Assembly: GCA_036229005.1 (NCBI GenBank) | Contig: JAZAMN010000063.1 | Coordinates: forward strand, 1-47,427 | Reading direction: 5' to 3' | Origin: Myxococcota bacterium | GTDB taxonomy: Bacteria > Myxococcota_A > UBA796 > CAJQPC01 | Length of the DNA: 47,427 nucleotides | In this document: positions 46,430-47,427 of the stretch, in pieces | Numbering within the stretch: the first letter of the stretch is position 1 | Layout of the letters: each line of letters begins with the position of its first letter | Translations under genes and position numbers: made by a program | Notes under the pieces: generated by a model | Seen by the model: the letters and a program-made list of their open reading frames with translations, nothing else | Told to the model about the DNA's origin: nothing | Databases searched by the model: none

Positions 46430-47427
46430 CAGTCCTGCAGCTCCAGAAGCTCCTCGTACAGCTCCCTCCGCTCCACCCGGAGGTCCGCCAGGGTCACCTT
46501 CGCACGCGCCCGCAGGATCCGCACCCGCAGCCCCCGCCAGGCCTCCCGCACGCCGCGCACGTAGCGGAGCAGCGCCATGCCGCCGAGCATCCCCAGCACC
46601 CCGACGAGCACGCCCACCAGCCAGGCCGCGTCGGGCATCCCGTCCACGTGGTCCCGCACCCAGTCGGCGAAGCGCCACGCACCCAGCCCCGCCCCCAGCC
46701 AGGAGAGGGGGTAGGTGAGCGTGCCGAGCATGATCTTCACCGTCGCGTCGTCTCGGGGGGAGCGCGAGAAGCGGCGGGTCGCCAGCCAGCCGATGGCGGT
46801 GGCGGGCCAGTTGACGACCAGGCCCAGGACCAGCAGCGGGGGCATCACCAGCACCAACCCGGCGAGCTGGAGCAGCAAGAGGAAGATGAGGGAGGGGCTG
46901 AGCAGCTCGGGATCACGCTCCAGGTCCACCACCTGGAGATCCAGGGCGCGGAACTGCTGGTCAAAGACCTCCATGCGCCGGCGAAGTGCGGCGATCCGCT
47001 CGGGGTGCGTCTCTCGCTGGGATTGGTAGCCCGACCAGATGCGCCCCATGCCCTGAACCCGGTCGGGGAAGGCGCTGCGTCGCGGCTGTTGGCCTGCCTC
47101 CAGGGCCTGCTCGACGGCGACGATCTCGGCGGCCCGCTCCATGAGGCGGTGCAGCTCCCAGGACTCGGTGGCGTGCACGGCCTGGGTGAGGGCCTCGCGC
47201 ATCTGGTCGCGGAGGGCGCGGGCGGGCTCCAGCCAGGACTCGGGGGGCGCGTCGGGGGCGGGGTCGAAGTCGAGCTCGGGGGGCAGCTCCAGGGGCGGGT
47301 GGATGCGCACGAGCACGTCGGAGCGCCACAGGGTCTTGTCGTCGTAGAAGAGCCCCACGGGCAGGATGGCGGGGGGCGGCGCGGGGCTGGGGTCGGGGGC
47401 GGCCTGGGGACCCTGCTCGCGGGCGAG
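46429..47427 (-). CDS. Glycerolipid acyltransferase-like membrane protein, C-terminal part (5' end beyond the window)
   Basis: ILPVGLFYD.K..WRSDVLV....P (PlsC-like domain end) followed by TM helices with ATVK. Confidence 0.75.
   Translation of the reverse strand, partial: LAREQGPQAAPDPSPAPPPAILPVGLFYDDKTLWRSDVLVRIHPPLELPPELDFDPAPDAPPESWLEPARALRDQMREALTQAVHATESWELHRLMERAAEIVAVEQALEAGQQPRRSAFPDRVQGMGRIWSGYQSQRETHPERIAALRRRMEVFDQQFRALDLQVVDLERDPELLSPSLIFLLLLQLAGLVLVMPPLLVLGLVVNWPATAIGWLATRRFSRSPRDDATVKIMLGTLTYPLSWLGAGLGAWRFADWVRDHVDGMPDAAWLVGVLVGVLGMLGGMALLRYVRGVREAWRGLRVRILRARAKVTLADLRVERRELYEELLELQD

Overview
GC-rich bacterial chromosome window, most likely from the Myxococcota. The evidence is three MYXO-CTERM-like sorting tails, an AgmX/PglI-type TonB-C domain, a SitI3-like immunity gene, a Ser/Thr kinase and many MopE/FG-GAP lipoproteins. 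The left edge holds the left end of an IS256-family element, followed by an inverted 4+4 array of 31-bp repeats. Next come secreted hydrolases and a lower-GC accessory patch (~5.0-7.4 kb) with an orphan SitI3-like gene. After that are a SRAP peptidase, a LysR gene divergent from a Cys-rich lipoprotein/ferritin-like/hydrolase operon, a polyphosphate cluster (ppk2-ppk1 convergent with ppx-sixA) and a peroxiredoxin-thioredoxin pair. The best candidate for an undescribed system is a tightly coupled six-gene minus-strand operon (23299-30088). It encodes two OB-fold lipoproteins, an outer-membrane barrel, a lamin-tail-domain lipoprotein, a catalytically dead PLD paralogue and an active PLD-LTD lipoprotein, which together suggest a surface nucleic-acid capture, degradation and uptake machine. 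The right part carries a subtilase, an ExbD-ExbD-TonB-C fusion, an M1 aminopeptidase, AbgT, AraC, an ABC-F with an apparent uORF attenuator, and a truncated acyltransferase. Across the window, exported proteins have unusually short, uncharged signal peptides. All family calls come from visual motif recognition; no searches were run.
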